From contig JAIVFI010000002.1 in the NCBI GenBank assembly GCA_025558095.1, positions 248,001 through 312,000 of the forward strand: a DNA stretch of 64,000 nucleotides, given 5' to 3'. Both the position numbers and the translations under genes were made by a program. Source of the DNA: Hyaloraphidium curvatum SAG 235-1. Lineage: Eukaryota; Fungi; Monoblepharomycota. Within the stretch, counting starts at the first letter, position 1; the number at the start of each line of letters is the position of its first letter. The notes under the pieces are model-generated. The model was not told where the DNA came from, ran no database searches, and saw nothing but the letters and a program-made list of their open reading frames with translations. Positions 45,758 to 57,000 of this stretch are shown in pieces.

Positions 45758-45893
45758 CATGCCACTGCCGAGGATGCAATCGCGAGTACAGGCTTCCATC
45801 GACAGCCGGGCTCTAACATCTCCAACCGTTGAAGCATATACGACGCAGCACCCACGAATGGATTGATCAATCAATCCAGCCAAAGCGATCAGT

Positions 45894-46904
45894 TCACCCC
45901 TCGCCCTCCAGCGGGATCAGCAGCTCATCCAGCACGTAATCCCACGGAAATGCCTGCAGCAGCTCCCACTGATCCGGCATGCCCGCCACGGGCGGCCCCC
46001 GGCCCCCCATCCGCACCGCCTCCCCCAGGTCCCGTGCCGCAGCCTCGCCCTCCCTCCCCGTGCTCGCGTAGTAGTCCGCGTACTTGTCCCCTTCGACCAC
46101 GACCTCCTTGTACTTCACAAACCGAACCCGGATCCCCAGTGATTCGGCGATCACGATCCCGTGCAGCGATGCCGACGCCACTGCCCCGCACCCAGCAATG
46201 TCCAGCACAACGTCCCGCCACGGCCTCCGCGGGTCAACGAACCGCACCGACGCGTTCGACGCGTTATTAGTCCGTTCCTGGAAACGTCGCACTTCCTCCT
46301 GCATCAAGTCCGCCGTCGAGCCTCCATGCGGCACCGCGCACCACCCCTCTCCTCGGTTTCCCCGCAAACCCGGATCCAGCAGTGGCAGCAGCACCGCCGG
46401 ATCCCCGTATACCGCCGGCTCTGTCCTGTTGCACGTCTCCCTGAGCCATTTCCTCGTCAGCGGACCCCGCACCGCAAACACCCTTGCCCCCGCTGGGGGG
46501 CACTGCGACGGCCTCGGGTCGACGAACGCCCCCGCGCCCCACACCGCATCCCCGCTTTTCACGCGGGAAAAAACCGTCCCGACCGCCCACAGGCACTTTT
46601 CCCGGTGCGCCGAGTGCGAAACGTCCGTGGCGGCGGCGTCGACCACGCGCACCCCGGGCGCCAGCCGCGCGAGCAGCAGCGAGACGACGGCCGGGCCCAG
46701 TTCGTCGCCGAAATTCCTCCCTTTCCACGGCGGGCTCGGCGGCGGGAGCCAGCGGCACACGCGCAGGGTGCCCCGCGCCGCCCCGGCGCGTCTTGGGGCG
46801 GGCGGGAGGGCGAATGAGAGGCCCCGGGCGGGGAACCGGACGGAGAGAAAGAGGAATAACGCGGGCAGGAGGAGGAAGAGCGCCGGGGGGGCGATTCGGG
46901 GCAT
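45894..46904 (-). CDS. Polysaccharide pyruvyltransferase (ExoV-like), type II membrane protein
   Basis: ATG at 46904 then a TM (ALFLLLPALFLFLSV). Motifs NFGDELGP, VWGAG, AVRGPLT, GDPAVLLP, VPH and SASLHGIVIAESLGI. Intronless. Confidence 0.88.
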   Translation of the reverse strand: MPRIAPPALFLLLPALFLFLSVRFPARGLSFALPPAPRRAGAARGTLRVCRWLPPPSPPWKGRNFGDELGPAVVSLLLARLAPGVRVVDAAATDVSHSAHREKCLWAVGTVFSRVKSGDAVWGAGAFVDPRPSQCPPAGARVFAVRGPLTRKWLRETCNRTEPAVYGDPAVLLPLLDPGLRGNRGEGWCAVPHGGSTADLMQEEVRRFQERTNNASNASVRFVDPRRPWRDVVLDIAGCGAVASASLHGIVIAESLGIRVRFVKYKEVVVEGDKYADYYASTGREGEAAARDLGEAVRMGGRGPPVAGMPDQWELLQAFPWDYVLDELLIPLEGEG

Positions 46905-46930
46905 GATGGAGCTCAGCGCCTGTGATAGAG

Positions 46931-48315
46931 CGGAGAGCTCGCCGCCCTGCCCAACGCGCGTTGGCAGTCTCACGGCCTGCTCCGCCAGCTCCGCCGCCGC
47001 ATCTTCCTCTGGCTCGATGGCGGCGGCATCGGTTTCTTGGAACTGGCCCGGCTCGCACCCTTTGCGTTCGTCGGCGCCCACGCGCTCTCTGGCGTGCGGT
47101 TACGCCGCCTCATTGGGCTGCGCCGGGCCGGTGACTCCTACACCATCGCGGAGGACGTGCTTGGCCGGCTCACCGCGGACCTGGACTTTGCGCTCACCGC
47201 GGTCCGTGGCGCTGGGCTTGCCGAGCCCGTGCTTGCCTCGCTCTCCGCGTCGGGCATCGAGCTGTGGATGGATTCCATCGGCGTCAAAGGCCTGCAGCAC
47301 GAGTTGTACCGGGCACAGCTGGCCTGGATCCACCAGGCCATTCTGGCGGACCTTCCCGCGGGCTCCCAGCAGCGCGCCATCTGGCTTAGCGTCAAGGCCG
47401 GCCACTCGGGTGCCTGCCTGGGTGCGCAGTGCTTGGAGAAGGACACCGGCCTGGACGACGAGGCGTTGCAGCTGAACATCTGTACCGACCTCGGTCTCCC
47501 TGCCCCTTGGTTCTCGGCCCTACCATCGCAGATGCTCTGCCCGCTCGGGTGCACTGTCGACGACGGCAGTGGCAGGCAGGTCACACGCATCCTTGCGCCG
47601 CGGGGAGCCGACTTCCTGCACGCCTTCACGTGCCCGATAATGGGCAAGGTTGCGCGGCACAACGCGCTTGAATCTGCGTTGGCGGATGAGCTCAAGGACA
47701 AGCTCGCCTCCCGTGGCGTGGTCGTCGACCGTCGTCATCGTGGTTACCTCGAGAATGGGTTCGTGCCCAAAGACACCACACTTGCACGAGCCCTGGACAT
47801 CGGGAAAACCTCGACCGACATCGTCATCCGCCGCGTGGGCGCTCGTTCTGACCTCGTCGACGTCACCGTTGTTACCCCCAGCGTCACGGCCTCGCGCTCG
47901 ACGGACTCCCGCAACGAGACCTCGCTCCTGCGCCGCGCTGTTCAGAAGAAGGCGACGGCCCTTGCCAACCAGTTCTACGTTCCCGATCCCCCCGTGCACA
48001 ACCTCGTTTGGTTTGCGGTCTCGACCTTCGGCCCCCTGCACGACGCGGCGGGCGAACAACTCCGTGTTTGGTCTCGAGAGATCTCTCCCCCGCGCACCAA
48101 ATCCGACGGCAAAGACTGGGATGTCGATGGTCTCATGGCCCGCCAGACCGGCCGTCTGCGCGCCGTTGTTCAGCGGGGGCGCGTACTGGGTTGCCAACAG
48201 CTTATGAACAGGTTCAAGGAAGCCTGTACCCGGCAGCTCGGCGGACATCTAACCCCTCCCCTCTTCCCCGAATTCAATGTATATGGCGTGACGTGATGTA
48301 TCGGGGTTGGGGGGC
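46931..48315 (+). mobile_element. 5'-truncated RLE-type non-LTR retrotransposon (CRE/Cnl1-like), 1385 bp, between 20-bp target-site duplications
   Basis: Perfect direct repeats GCTCAGCGCCTGTGATAGAG at 46911-46930 and 48316-48335. An open frame 46932-48296 with no authentic start carries an RT-thumb-like IFLWLDGGGIGF...AFVGA, a CCHC knuckle CPLGC...HAFTC, RHN, D..VDVTV, KK and AVSTFG (restriction-like endonuclease). Confidence 0.88.
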
Positions 48316-48652
48316 GCTCAGCGCCTGTGATAGAGATCTGATAGAGATATGATGGAGCGGGCGGGATTCGTTGCAGGCGCCGATCGTCTGCGCACGCTGG
48401 AACAGCGCACCCGAAGGCAGACGATGCCGCGCCAGAAGGCCGGCGCAGACCCCGGGCCGAAGCCCGATGAGAGGACCGCAAACTCTCGCTCACCGTCGCC
48501 TTGGTTGCCCCGAGGCCGGTCTCTCGGCGGCGGGATTCCCTCATGTAGCTGACTGCGAAAAGGAAAAACAATGCGCCCACAGCGAACAGTGCCGCGTTGC
48601 TCGAGGTCAACACAAATGCCTCCTGAGCTGCGTACTGGCAATATACTCGTCC

Positions 48653-49744
48653 TCACTGCTTCGCGTTGGCATTCCCCCCGTCCCGTGCAGCTAGCAGCGA
48701 GCGGACCGCCCTCCCGATCCGCTCCACCGCCCTGCTCCGCACCTTTCCCCTTTCCGCCTCACTCATCGCGTCGATCGCATCCAGCAGGGCGCTCGCCGGC
48801 TCGAATTTGCGCGCGAACAGCGCCCCCGACGCCAACGCCCGGCCCAGCTGCCCCCTCGTCCGAAGCCACTTGACGTGCGACTCGCCCTCGACCGGCTCGT
48901 CGTACCTCAAGCAATCCCCCGCCACGCTCCCCGCAATCTCCCTCCCGTCATCCGTCCAGGAGAAGAACATCTGCCACACGCTTTCCTCCGCCGCCTCCAC
49001 GCCCCCGAGCGCCGCCAGCACCCTCCTCATGTCGGCGCTCCGCAGCGCCGCCTCGCACACCGCGCGGGAGAGCACCACCCATGTCGGCCCGTGCGGTACG
49101 GGCCTATCCGGTTGCACCCAGGACCACGTGGCTTCTTGTTTCGCCAATGTCCGGTCGTGGCCCCATAGCGCCGGGTCCAGCGCCGGGCGGCGCCACCGCT
49201 CCGTCCGTTTGCCCCAGTGCGCTACGAAGCTCAAATGCCGACCGGCCTGCCAATTCGCGGCTTCCAGCACGTCCTGCAGCTCCCCAGGTGGCAGGAGGGG
49301 GTAGTCCGACCCCGACAAGTTGATGAATGACGCCCACCGCGCTCCCGGCAGGGCGAGGAGCTCCTGCACCGCGTCCAGGGTATTTAGCGCGAGCGTGATG
49401 CCCGCGTAGGTGAGCTTCCGCGGCCGCATCACCCGCACGTTGTCCCTGTACGGCGGCCGCGCGACCAGGTCCCGCAGCCGCTCCGCGTCGGGCGAGTCCG
49501 CCCACCGCGCGTCCACGTGCACCGCGAAAGCGTTGTCGGGGTGCCAGAGGGCCTTCAGCAGCCTCTCTGCTCCGGGAAGCGTGGCGTTGGTGAGCTGCAG
49601 CAGGAAGGCGAGCCCCCGAAGGCGCGCCGGCGGAGGTCGCGCGGTCGGCACAGCGCGGGACCGCAGCAACAAGAGCGGCGCAGCGGAGAGGAAGGCGAGG
49701 GCCCACAGCAAGACGCGAGGCCGCAGGGTGCCGCTGAGGCCCAT
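48653..49744 (-). CDS. Core-2/I-branching glycosyltransferase family (GT14), second copy
   Basis: TM VLLWALAFLSAAPLLLL. Motifs LAFLLQL, FAVHVDAR, FINLSGSDYPL, HGPTWVVLSR and LFARKF. Paralog of 14752-15906. Confidence 0.9.
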   Translation of the reverse strand: MGLSGTLRPRVLLWALAFLSAAPLLLLRSRAVPTARPPPARLRGLAFLLQLTNATLPGAERLLKALWHPDNAFAVHVDARWADSPDAERLRDLVARPPYRDNVRVMRPRKLTYAGITLALNTLDAVQELLALPGARWASFINLSGSDYPLLPPGELQDVLEAANWQAGRHLSFVAHWGKRTERWRRPALDPALWGHDRTLAKQEATWSWVQPDRPVPHGPTWVVLSRAVCEAALRSADMRRVLAALGGVEAAEESVWQMFFSWTDDGREIAGSVAGDCLRYDEPVEGESHVKWLRTRGQLGRALASGALFARKFEPASALLDAIDAMSEAERGKVRSRAVERIGRAVRSLLAARDGGNANAKQ

Positions 49745-50299
49745 CGGTCGGGGTTCCTGAAGGCGATTCCGGAGCGGCTGGTGTGCTGTGAGTGCATGCT
49801 GCGGCCCGGACTCGATAGGGGGTGGGGGATCGAATACAACCCCCCGACTCCCACCTGCGGGCCCTCGATGACGGCACTCGGTCCGCCATAGTGGCAACTG
49901 CGTTCGGAAGGAGGCAAGCGGCATGCCAGAGCATCAGTGGGTTCTGGATGAGAAGGACCGGTTTGTTCAAACCCGGCCGTCCAACCGCTCCTCCGTCGCG
50001 GGCTAAGACAGATTTCGCTTGCAGGCAATGGGCTTTGGAGGCAGCGTTGAGGAGCGACACCATCTCCTCCCGGGTCTCCCAAGGATTCCAGCAGCCACCG
50101 CCCAGCTCTCTACGAACCTTGTCCATTGGAGGTCGCGAAGATCTCCCTTGCGGGCGAGCAACACGTATCACTCGTCGTGTAGCAAGCAATGCGGAGGCCA
50201 TACATCGTATTATTCGGAACGCGGACCGTCCGATGCAATCTGATTCGCGTTGCCAGTCTCATTCGGGCTCCTTCCGGGGGGAGCATCCTTGGCTGCCAG

Positions 50300-50956
50300 T
50301 CACTTGATACACGCCCGGACTCCTACCGCTCCCCGTTCATCCGCGCCCATCGAAGCAGCATCCCCTTGCCCTCGGCGGTCTGTCCCAAGAGGTCGTGCGT
50401 CCCGCGGGCCTGGGAAGCTGGGCGAGCCACCGGCCGCGGCGTCGTCGATCGACGCCGCCACGAGCCCGTCCGCGGCCCCAGCGTCCATGTCGTAGCACAC
50501 TGTTGTCCCTTTTCTTCTCCGGGGCAACGACCACGGCCGCGGACACGGCGCAGAACGTCCCGATCCCTCCCTCCCCCCGCGGCCGCGGCGGGGCCCCCCG
50601 TCCCGCTTCCCTCCCTTTCCCTCGGCGGGGAGAGCTCCCGAATCCCCGTCGCAGCGTTCAGAAACAGACGGCACCGACCGCTGTTCCTCCGCCTCCCCCC
50701 CGTTCACGGCGTCCGAGAACAACCCCCCGTCCTCCTCGAGCAGGCACCGCCAGCACCCTCCCCCCCGGTTTCCGTCCCCGCCGTCGACGAGCGTCGCATC
50801 GTCCACGCTCGGGCTCCCCTCAAGGCCGGCGCGGGGTGCCTGCCACGGGGGCAGCAGCGCGGCGGCCAGCGCGGCCTCCCTCCTCAGCGCGTCCCTCGCC
50901 TCTCCCGCGTGCTCGTTCGCCGCGGGGTGCTCCGCGGACTCCGTGCCGCCGGCCAT
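50300..50956 (-). CDS. Small hypothetical disordered protein with CWRC motif
   Basis: ATG at 50956 (MAGGTESAEH...), acidic and basic blocks, GGCWRCLLEED. No family recognised. Confidence 0.4.
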   Translation of the reverse strand: MAGGTESAEHPAANEHAGEARDALRREAALAAALLPPWQAPRAGLEGSPSVDDATLVDGGDGNRGGGCWRCLLEEDGGLFSDAVNGGEAEEQRSVPSVSERCDGDSGALPAEGKGGKRDGGPRRGRGGREGSGRSAPCPRPWSLPRRRKGTTVCYDMDAGAADGLVAASIDDAAAGGSPSFPGPRDARPLGTDRRGQGDAASMGADERGAVGVRACIK

Positions 50957-51861
50957 TCCCCCTGCGTCGGCACGTCCGGGGAATGAAGCGGGCCGGCGGT
51001 GCCGATCTGCGGCTGAGCGGGGGCCGGCCGCCCGCCCGCCGCTGTTAGGCTCACATCGCGGGAGGACTCGCCCCCGGATCCCTAGGACGCCCGGTCGCAT
51101 CCCCCCCGCACGCCGCCGCCGTCGAATCCGGACGCTTCTCACTCGGCCTCCAACGATGCCATCCGAGCCTATAGTTGGTCCCGCGGATGCGCCGCGGGGG
51201 CGGCCGACGGCGGTCAAGGCGCCTGGGGGGCTGGTTCCCGCCGACCCGAACGAGCCGCCGGATCGTCCGCGGGGAAGACGGATCGGGGAGGTCGGATCGG
51301 GGGGCTGAGGGCGCGGGGGGCGGATGGAGGGGGGTGGGGGGGTGTAGGGGGGTTGCGGGGGATGGTTGGACGCGGGGGGCGCATATTGGCGTGCGGGGGA
51401 TGGAGGATCCCCGGCGAGGTGGGGGCGTCCGCTGCGAACCCAACTGCGGAGGCCGCGCGAAGGCTGGTGCTCGACGGAGCTGGGATGCCAACGCCAAGGG
51501 GGAGGACGCCCGGATGGCGGGGGGAGGTCTTGCGCCGCACCTCCCCGAGGGGGCCGGATCCCGGTCTGTGCACCAAGGACCTCGACTCGGTCGAGTCACC
51601 GTGCGGCACCCGCGCGATGGCATGCCAAAGAGACACTTTAAGTTCAGACGGGTTATCAATACAGACTGGTTTTGCTCAGCACCGGGTTCGCTCCTCCTTC
51701 TCTCGTGTCGCTCGTGTCAGAAGACCGCCTCGCTCCCCACAACCGCCGCCGCGCCGCGCCGCCCCGCACCTACATGCGTGCACCGCATCTCCGTCTTGTG
51801 CATGTCCCGGCCTCCATTGGTCGATTGGGGGTTCAGAGTGTTCCGCCGGCCTGTCTTGCGG

Positions 51862-52755
51862 TCAAGCCCCGACGCCCCATCCCCTCACGTTCAGCTCCGG
51901 CCCCGGGTCCACCAAGCTCGCCACGTCCATCCTCCTCGGCTTGTCCTGCTCGGGGGCTTGCTGCACGGGGGCGGGGACCGGCTCCGGGGGCGGCGTGGGC
52001 GCCGACTCCTCCCAGGGCCGAGAGTGCCCCCTCTCCACCTTGCCCTGCACCAGCTCCGGCACGGGGGCGGGGTCCCACGGCCTGCCCTCTGGGACCAGCG
52101 GGCTGCCCCACGGGGTCTGCATGGTCGGCACGCGGGGGGAGTACCCCGGCCAGGGCATCTGCGCGGGCACGGCGAAGGGGGAGCCAGCGGCGGGGTAGGG
52201 CGACGGGTAGGGCGGGAAGGTCGAGTAGCCGAGCGCGGCCAGCGGGGCCGGGGACGCCCAGGCGGGGGGCCCGTATGCGGGCGGGTACAGCGGGTAGTGC
52301 GGAGTGGCGGGGGAGAGCGAGGGTGCCGAGCGCGGGTGCGGGGGGAAGGGGTGGTGCGGCGCGGCAGGCGCGGGCTCCGAGCCGGGGCGGTGCGCGGCCG
52401 GCGGGTACGGGCCGGGGCGCGGCCGCGGCGGGCGCGCGGCGGCGGCGGCGGGGCGGGGCGGGGCGGCCCTGCGCGCGGCCTCGGCGGCGTCGGCCGACAC
52501 GACAAAGTGCCGCGCGACGCCGTCCTCGGGGTACGCGCAGCGCAGCGACAGCCGCACGCAGCGCACGCACGGCGCGCGCCCGCCGTCGCCGCCGCGGCAC
52601 GCGCGCTTGCGGCGGCGGCAGATGAGGCACGCGAGCTTCGGCTCGACGAACACCGCGCCGCCGGCCGCGGGCACCGGCGACGGCGGGCCGGGCGGCGGCG
52701 ACGCCCCGTCTGAGCTCGCTCCGGAGGCCGCGCCGGCAGCGGACCCGTCGCCCAT
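51862..52755 (-). CDS. Short Zn(II)2Cys6 transcription factor with Pro/Tyr-rich region
   Basis: ACLICRRRKRACRGGDGGRAPCVRCVRLSLRCAY, followed by a Pro/Tyr/His-rich region and C-terminal MDVASLVD. Confidence 0.88.
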   Translation of the reverse strand: MGDGSAAGAASGASSDGASPPPGPPSPVPAAGGAVFVEPKLACLICRRRKRACRGGDGGRAPCVRCVRLSLRCAYPEDGVARHFVVSADAAEAARRAAPPRPAAAAARPPRPRPGPYPPAAHRPGSEPAPAAPHHPFPPHPRSAPSLSPATPHYPLYPPAYGPPAWASPAPLAALGYSTFPPYPSPYPAAGSPFAVPAQMPWPGYSPRVPTMQTPWGSPLVPEGRPWDPAPVPELVQGKVERGHSRPWEESAPTPPPEPVPAPVQQAPEQDKPRRMDVASLVDPGPELNVRGWGVGA

Positions 52756-54068
52756 CGCTTTTCGTGGGGTTGGAACAGGGGTCGGTCGGGGTGAATCCGC
52801 GAGGCGGCTGATGTGACATCATAGATTTGAGCCAGCCAGCGGCCTCCGCGCAACACCCCGAATCACCGGCGACTTCCCAGCCAGACCCCGGCAATCCCTG
52901 CATTCCATGCGCTAGCACCCCGGAGCGACCCCACCGGCGCCGCTTCCGACCGCGCACCTTGCCGATCTGGCCATCCGAAGCCTCCGCAGGGGCCCGGCGA
53001 AATCCGCTCGCACAGTGCCGGGGATGCCTCGCCGCCAACGCAGGCGCCCCTCGCAGCGCCGATCCCCGGGCTGTGCCCGCGGGCCTTATCCTCCGCATTC
53101 GGCACCGGGCCGCCGCGCACCCGAGCATGCTTCCGCGCCGGTTCGGCCCCATCCCGCATCGCCGCCGCGGTTCGGATGGACGCCGCCCCGACGACGCTGA
53201 CAAAGCTCCCCAGGCTTGGATCCCCCCCTCCGCTTCCGCCGCACCGGCACGCAGATCCGATCCCAAGCAAGCAGTCCAACACCACCGCCCCACTCGCGAT
53301 GCGGCAACCCCGGCCCGCGGCGTGCACCGGCTTCCTCCCGAGCGGCCACCCCCCGCGTCCCTTCCCAGCCTCCAGGCGGCGACCTGTCGGCCTCCCCGCT
53401 CCCCGCGCCGGCACCGCATGCACCGCCGCCATCCACCGCGCGCCGATCGTCTGCTCGTTCGCCGACGCACCACATAGGGGGCATCGGCCGGCGCTCCGCC
53501 CCAGGGTCCTTACCACCCCGACCGCCCCGCCGCCCGAGGCGGCCAGCTCACTCGCTCCCTCGCGGCCTCCGGTGGCGCCGCGGGAACCTCGGAGGGTTGC
53601 AGGGGGCTTCGGAAGCATCCGAAGTAGCGGGCTGCGGGCGCGGCGGGGGTTGTCCCTGGGACGCCTGACTCCGGGTCCCGGCCGCCCCGCGCGGGGCGGA
53701 GGTGCGCGCGCCGGCCGGTCGCGCGCCGCGAGCCCTCCGCACCGCACGAGCGCGGCAAAAGGAATGCGGGCCTTTGGAATGGGAGCGCCGGCGCCCCGCG
53801 GCCTTCTCCGAGGCGCCGGCGCGGGGGGTCGGTGGTCGGGGAACGCCGCTTGGCCGACGTGTGCCGGGCAGGCGGTGCATGGCTTGCAGGCTGACGAGGG
53901 TCAAAGGGATGCTGGGACGCCGGCTCGGTGATTGCTAAGCCGGATTCGTCGAGTCGACTTGCCCGCGGGGAGCGGCGTGCCGGGCATCCGGCGCAAACGG
54001 GGTGCCCCCATCCTTCCTGCCGGTGGCCCGCCCATCGTGCCCCTTGTCCTTCTGTTTGACAGCTGCAA

Positions 54069-57000
54069 TCACAACGACTTCCTGCCGACCCTGCCTGCCT
54101 TACCCTCCGCCCTCGCCCTCTCGGTCCACATCGCCAACCACTCGGCCATCTCCCCGAACCGCTCCCCCCTCGTGTACTCGTGCATCCCCGCCGACGTCCG
54201 CACCCTCATCTTGAGCCACCACCGCATCTCGCGCCACGCCTCCCACGCGGCGCGGCACGTCTCCTCCGCCGCCGGATCCCCGCGCAGCCCCGCGTCGGCC
54301 TTCGGGTCGCCCAGGACCGCAAAGAGCCTGTCCAAGCGGGGCTCGACGAGCACCCTGGCCGCGCTCCCCGCGGGAAACTCCGGGTCCCCGCCTCCGGCAA
54401 AGAACAGCGGCTTCCCCGGCACCCCCGGCTGCGCAAACACCAGCATCCCCTTTGCGTGCCTGTAGAACAGCTCCACGAGGTCCTCCAGGTGCCCCCCGGG
54501 CTCCTGCGAAATCCACGACGTGCGGGCGTGCAGCGCCGCCGCGCCGTCGGGGCAGGTGCAGCAGTCGTCCGCGGTCGGGGTGGCGTTGTAGCAAGCGGGT
54601 CCCAGAGTCCGCAGCGCGGCGTCCATCTCGGGACCGGCGACCAGGAGCCCCATCGAATGCCAGGTGTCCACAATGGCGGCGCTGGCTGCGCGCGAGAGGA
54701 GCCACGGCGCCTCGTCGGCCAAAGTGCCGGGGCAGAGCGGCGACGGCATCCACGCTTCCGAGACCACCCTGTCGCGCGGCACCCCGGCGTCCGAGAGGTT
54801 CTTGCGGAGGTGCCGGATGGCCTTGAAGTCCGCGAAGTTGGCCTCGGAGCCCAGCATCCAGAACGCGGGGAGCACCTCGGGCCGCAGCACGTCCGGCACC
54901 TCGTCCTCGCGGGGCAACCTCTCCCCAGGCACCACCTTCCCGCCGCCCACCGCGTCCCTCATCACCCCCGCCAGCACCCTCGCGCACTCCCCGTCCCGCT
55001 GGACCCTCCCCTCCCCTCCTTCCACAAGATGGCCCACCACCGCCTCGGGCATGTCCAGCTGGACCAGCGACCCCGCCAGCCGCACCCGCGCCGCCGCGAT
55101 CCCCGTGAACGTCGACCCGGACGACAGCCCGAAGCTCGTCACGGGCGCGCGCGCATCCCCGCCGGCTTTTCCCACGGCGTCCAGGACCGCCGCGAGCGAG
55201 GCGACGGCCGCGTGCAGGTCCTCGTTTCCGCAACTGTCGTCGAACCTCTGGTACGCGTACGGCCCGAGGAGCCCGATCGGCACCGCGACGGGGAGCAGCC
55301 GCCGCCTCTCGAGCGCGCGGATCAGCCCGCGGTGGAAGGGCAGCCGCGAGACGAGGTCCGGGCGGAAGCCCGCGGTGGCAAAGAGGAGGGTGATCCCGCG
55401 CACCTCCGAGAGCGGGAGCGCCGTCTCGAGGGAGATCCAGGGGACGAGGCCCGCGGCGGTGCCGTTGCGCGTGGCGAGGGTTAGGTTGGCGCCCGGGAGC
55501 GGGCGCAGCGCATGGATCGGCTCCGACGCCTGCAGCCTGTGCCTGGCCACGGAAATGTCCGGCAGGCACGTCTCGACCTTTGGCCCCACCCCTTCATTCC
55601 TCGGCACGAGCCCGTTCAGCCCGTCCGCCGGCGGCGCGGTGGAATTGCACCCGCCCAACCTCCCCGCATGGTCCCCGCACAGCGCCCACAGCAGCTCCTC
55701 GACCCCGCCCTTGACCGCCGACGACAGGTCCCCGGGCACGAGCACGTGGTGGTACCGCAAGCCTCCCAGGTGCGCAAGCTGCATGTAATACCACCCCAGC
55801 GACGCGTGGCCAGCCGGGACCAGCTCCGCGAGGGTGCTTCCGGGGTGCAGGGCGAGGGCGTTGGTGAATCCCGAGCCGTGCGGGCCGACGGCGGCACCGA
55901 CCGAGGCCCATTTGAAGAAGGCCTCGGGAAGGGGCTCAGAGCCGGTGAAGAGGACCGCCTCAAGGCCCCGGGAGGCGAGCTCGCGGAGGAGGTGCGCACG
56001 GTCGTGTGGGTTCTGCCCGCGGGCGGTGGCGTTGGACCTGTCGACAACGAGCACGCGGCGGGTGCGGTCTTCGCGATCGGCGGCGATAAATGCTTCGGGA
56101 GCGATGCTGCGCATGGCGGAGCGGAGAGCGAGGAGCTGCAAAGGGTGCGTGCGTGGGCCGGGAATGTGGTTGTCGAGCGCGTGGGCGATGCGTGCGGCCA
56201 CGCGGCCCGTGACGAGCCTCTCTTGGATGCCCAGCCATCGGAGCCACTCCTTGACGAACCCGGGAGCATCGTCCGAGGTCCACCTGCGGTGGAAGTGCGG
56301 GGCCACGTGGACCACGGCCCGCGGGTGATCGGCAAGGTACCCGCGCAGCGGTGCCGTCCTCCCGACAAAGTCCGTCGAGAACCAGTAGTAGTTGTCCGCT
56401 GCCGGTACCACGAGAAACACCTCGTCGAAGACCGGCAGCAGCGGGGCCTGGCCTCCCGTTGTCCGGTTGCGGTCCCAGTCCATGACGGCGGCGTGCTGTT
56501 CCGAGAGGTCGACCCCCTCGACCGGCATCACCAGCTGGGTGACGTAGAACACAGAGCCGCGGCCAGGATCAGCGTACGGCACTTCAGTGAGGTTCTTGCC
56601 GGCGTAGACAGGCCAGTAGTGCTCGTGTCGGACGAGCGGCGACCGCTGGCGGAGCGCCGTGGCGGCGTCGGGGCCGCCGAGGCTGTTCTCGATATGCTGT
56701 GCCATGCGCTGCGCGCGGAGCTTGGTGGTCGTGGGGGGCTCGGGCTCGTAGAGGTCCTCCAGGAGCTGCTCGTACGCCCGCGCGGGATCCGATGGCATCG
56801 GGCGATCGCCCTCATTCCGCGCCCTTTCCCGCTGGAGCGCCGGCCCCACAGCCTGCATCAGCCCGTTCGGCGAGACCACGACGTTGTACGCCGTCAGCAC
56901 GCCGGGCAGGTTGCGCGGCTGCCCCGCAAACAGCGCCGTTCGGATCCCCGCGGCGTCCCTCGCGCCCGCGGCGTCCGCGAGCTCCCTCCCGTGCTCGTGC

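Noticed and set aside
48170-48613. Minus-strand ORF with a TM-like start (ALFAVGALFFLFAVSY)
   Set aside because: Non-ATG start, runs into the retroelement, no other support.
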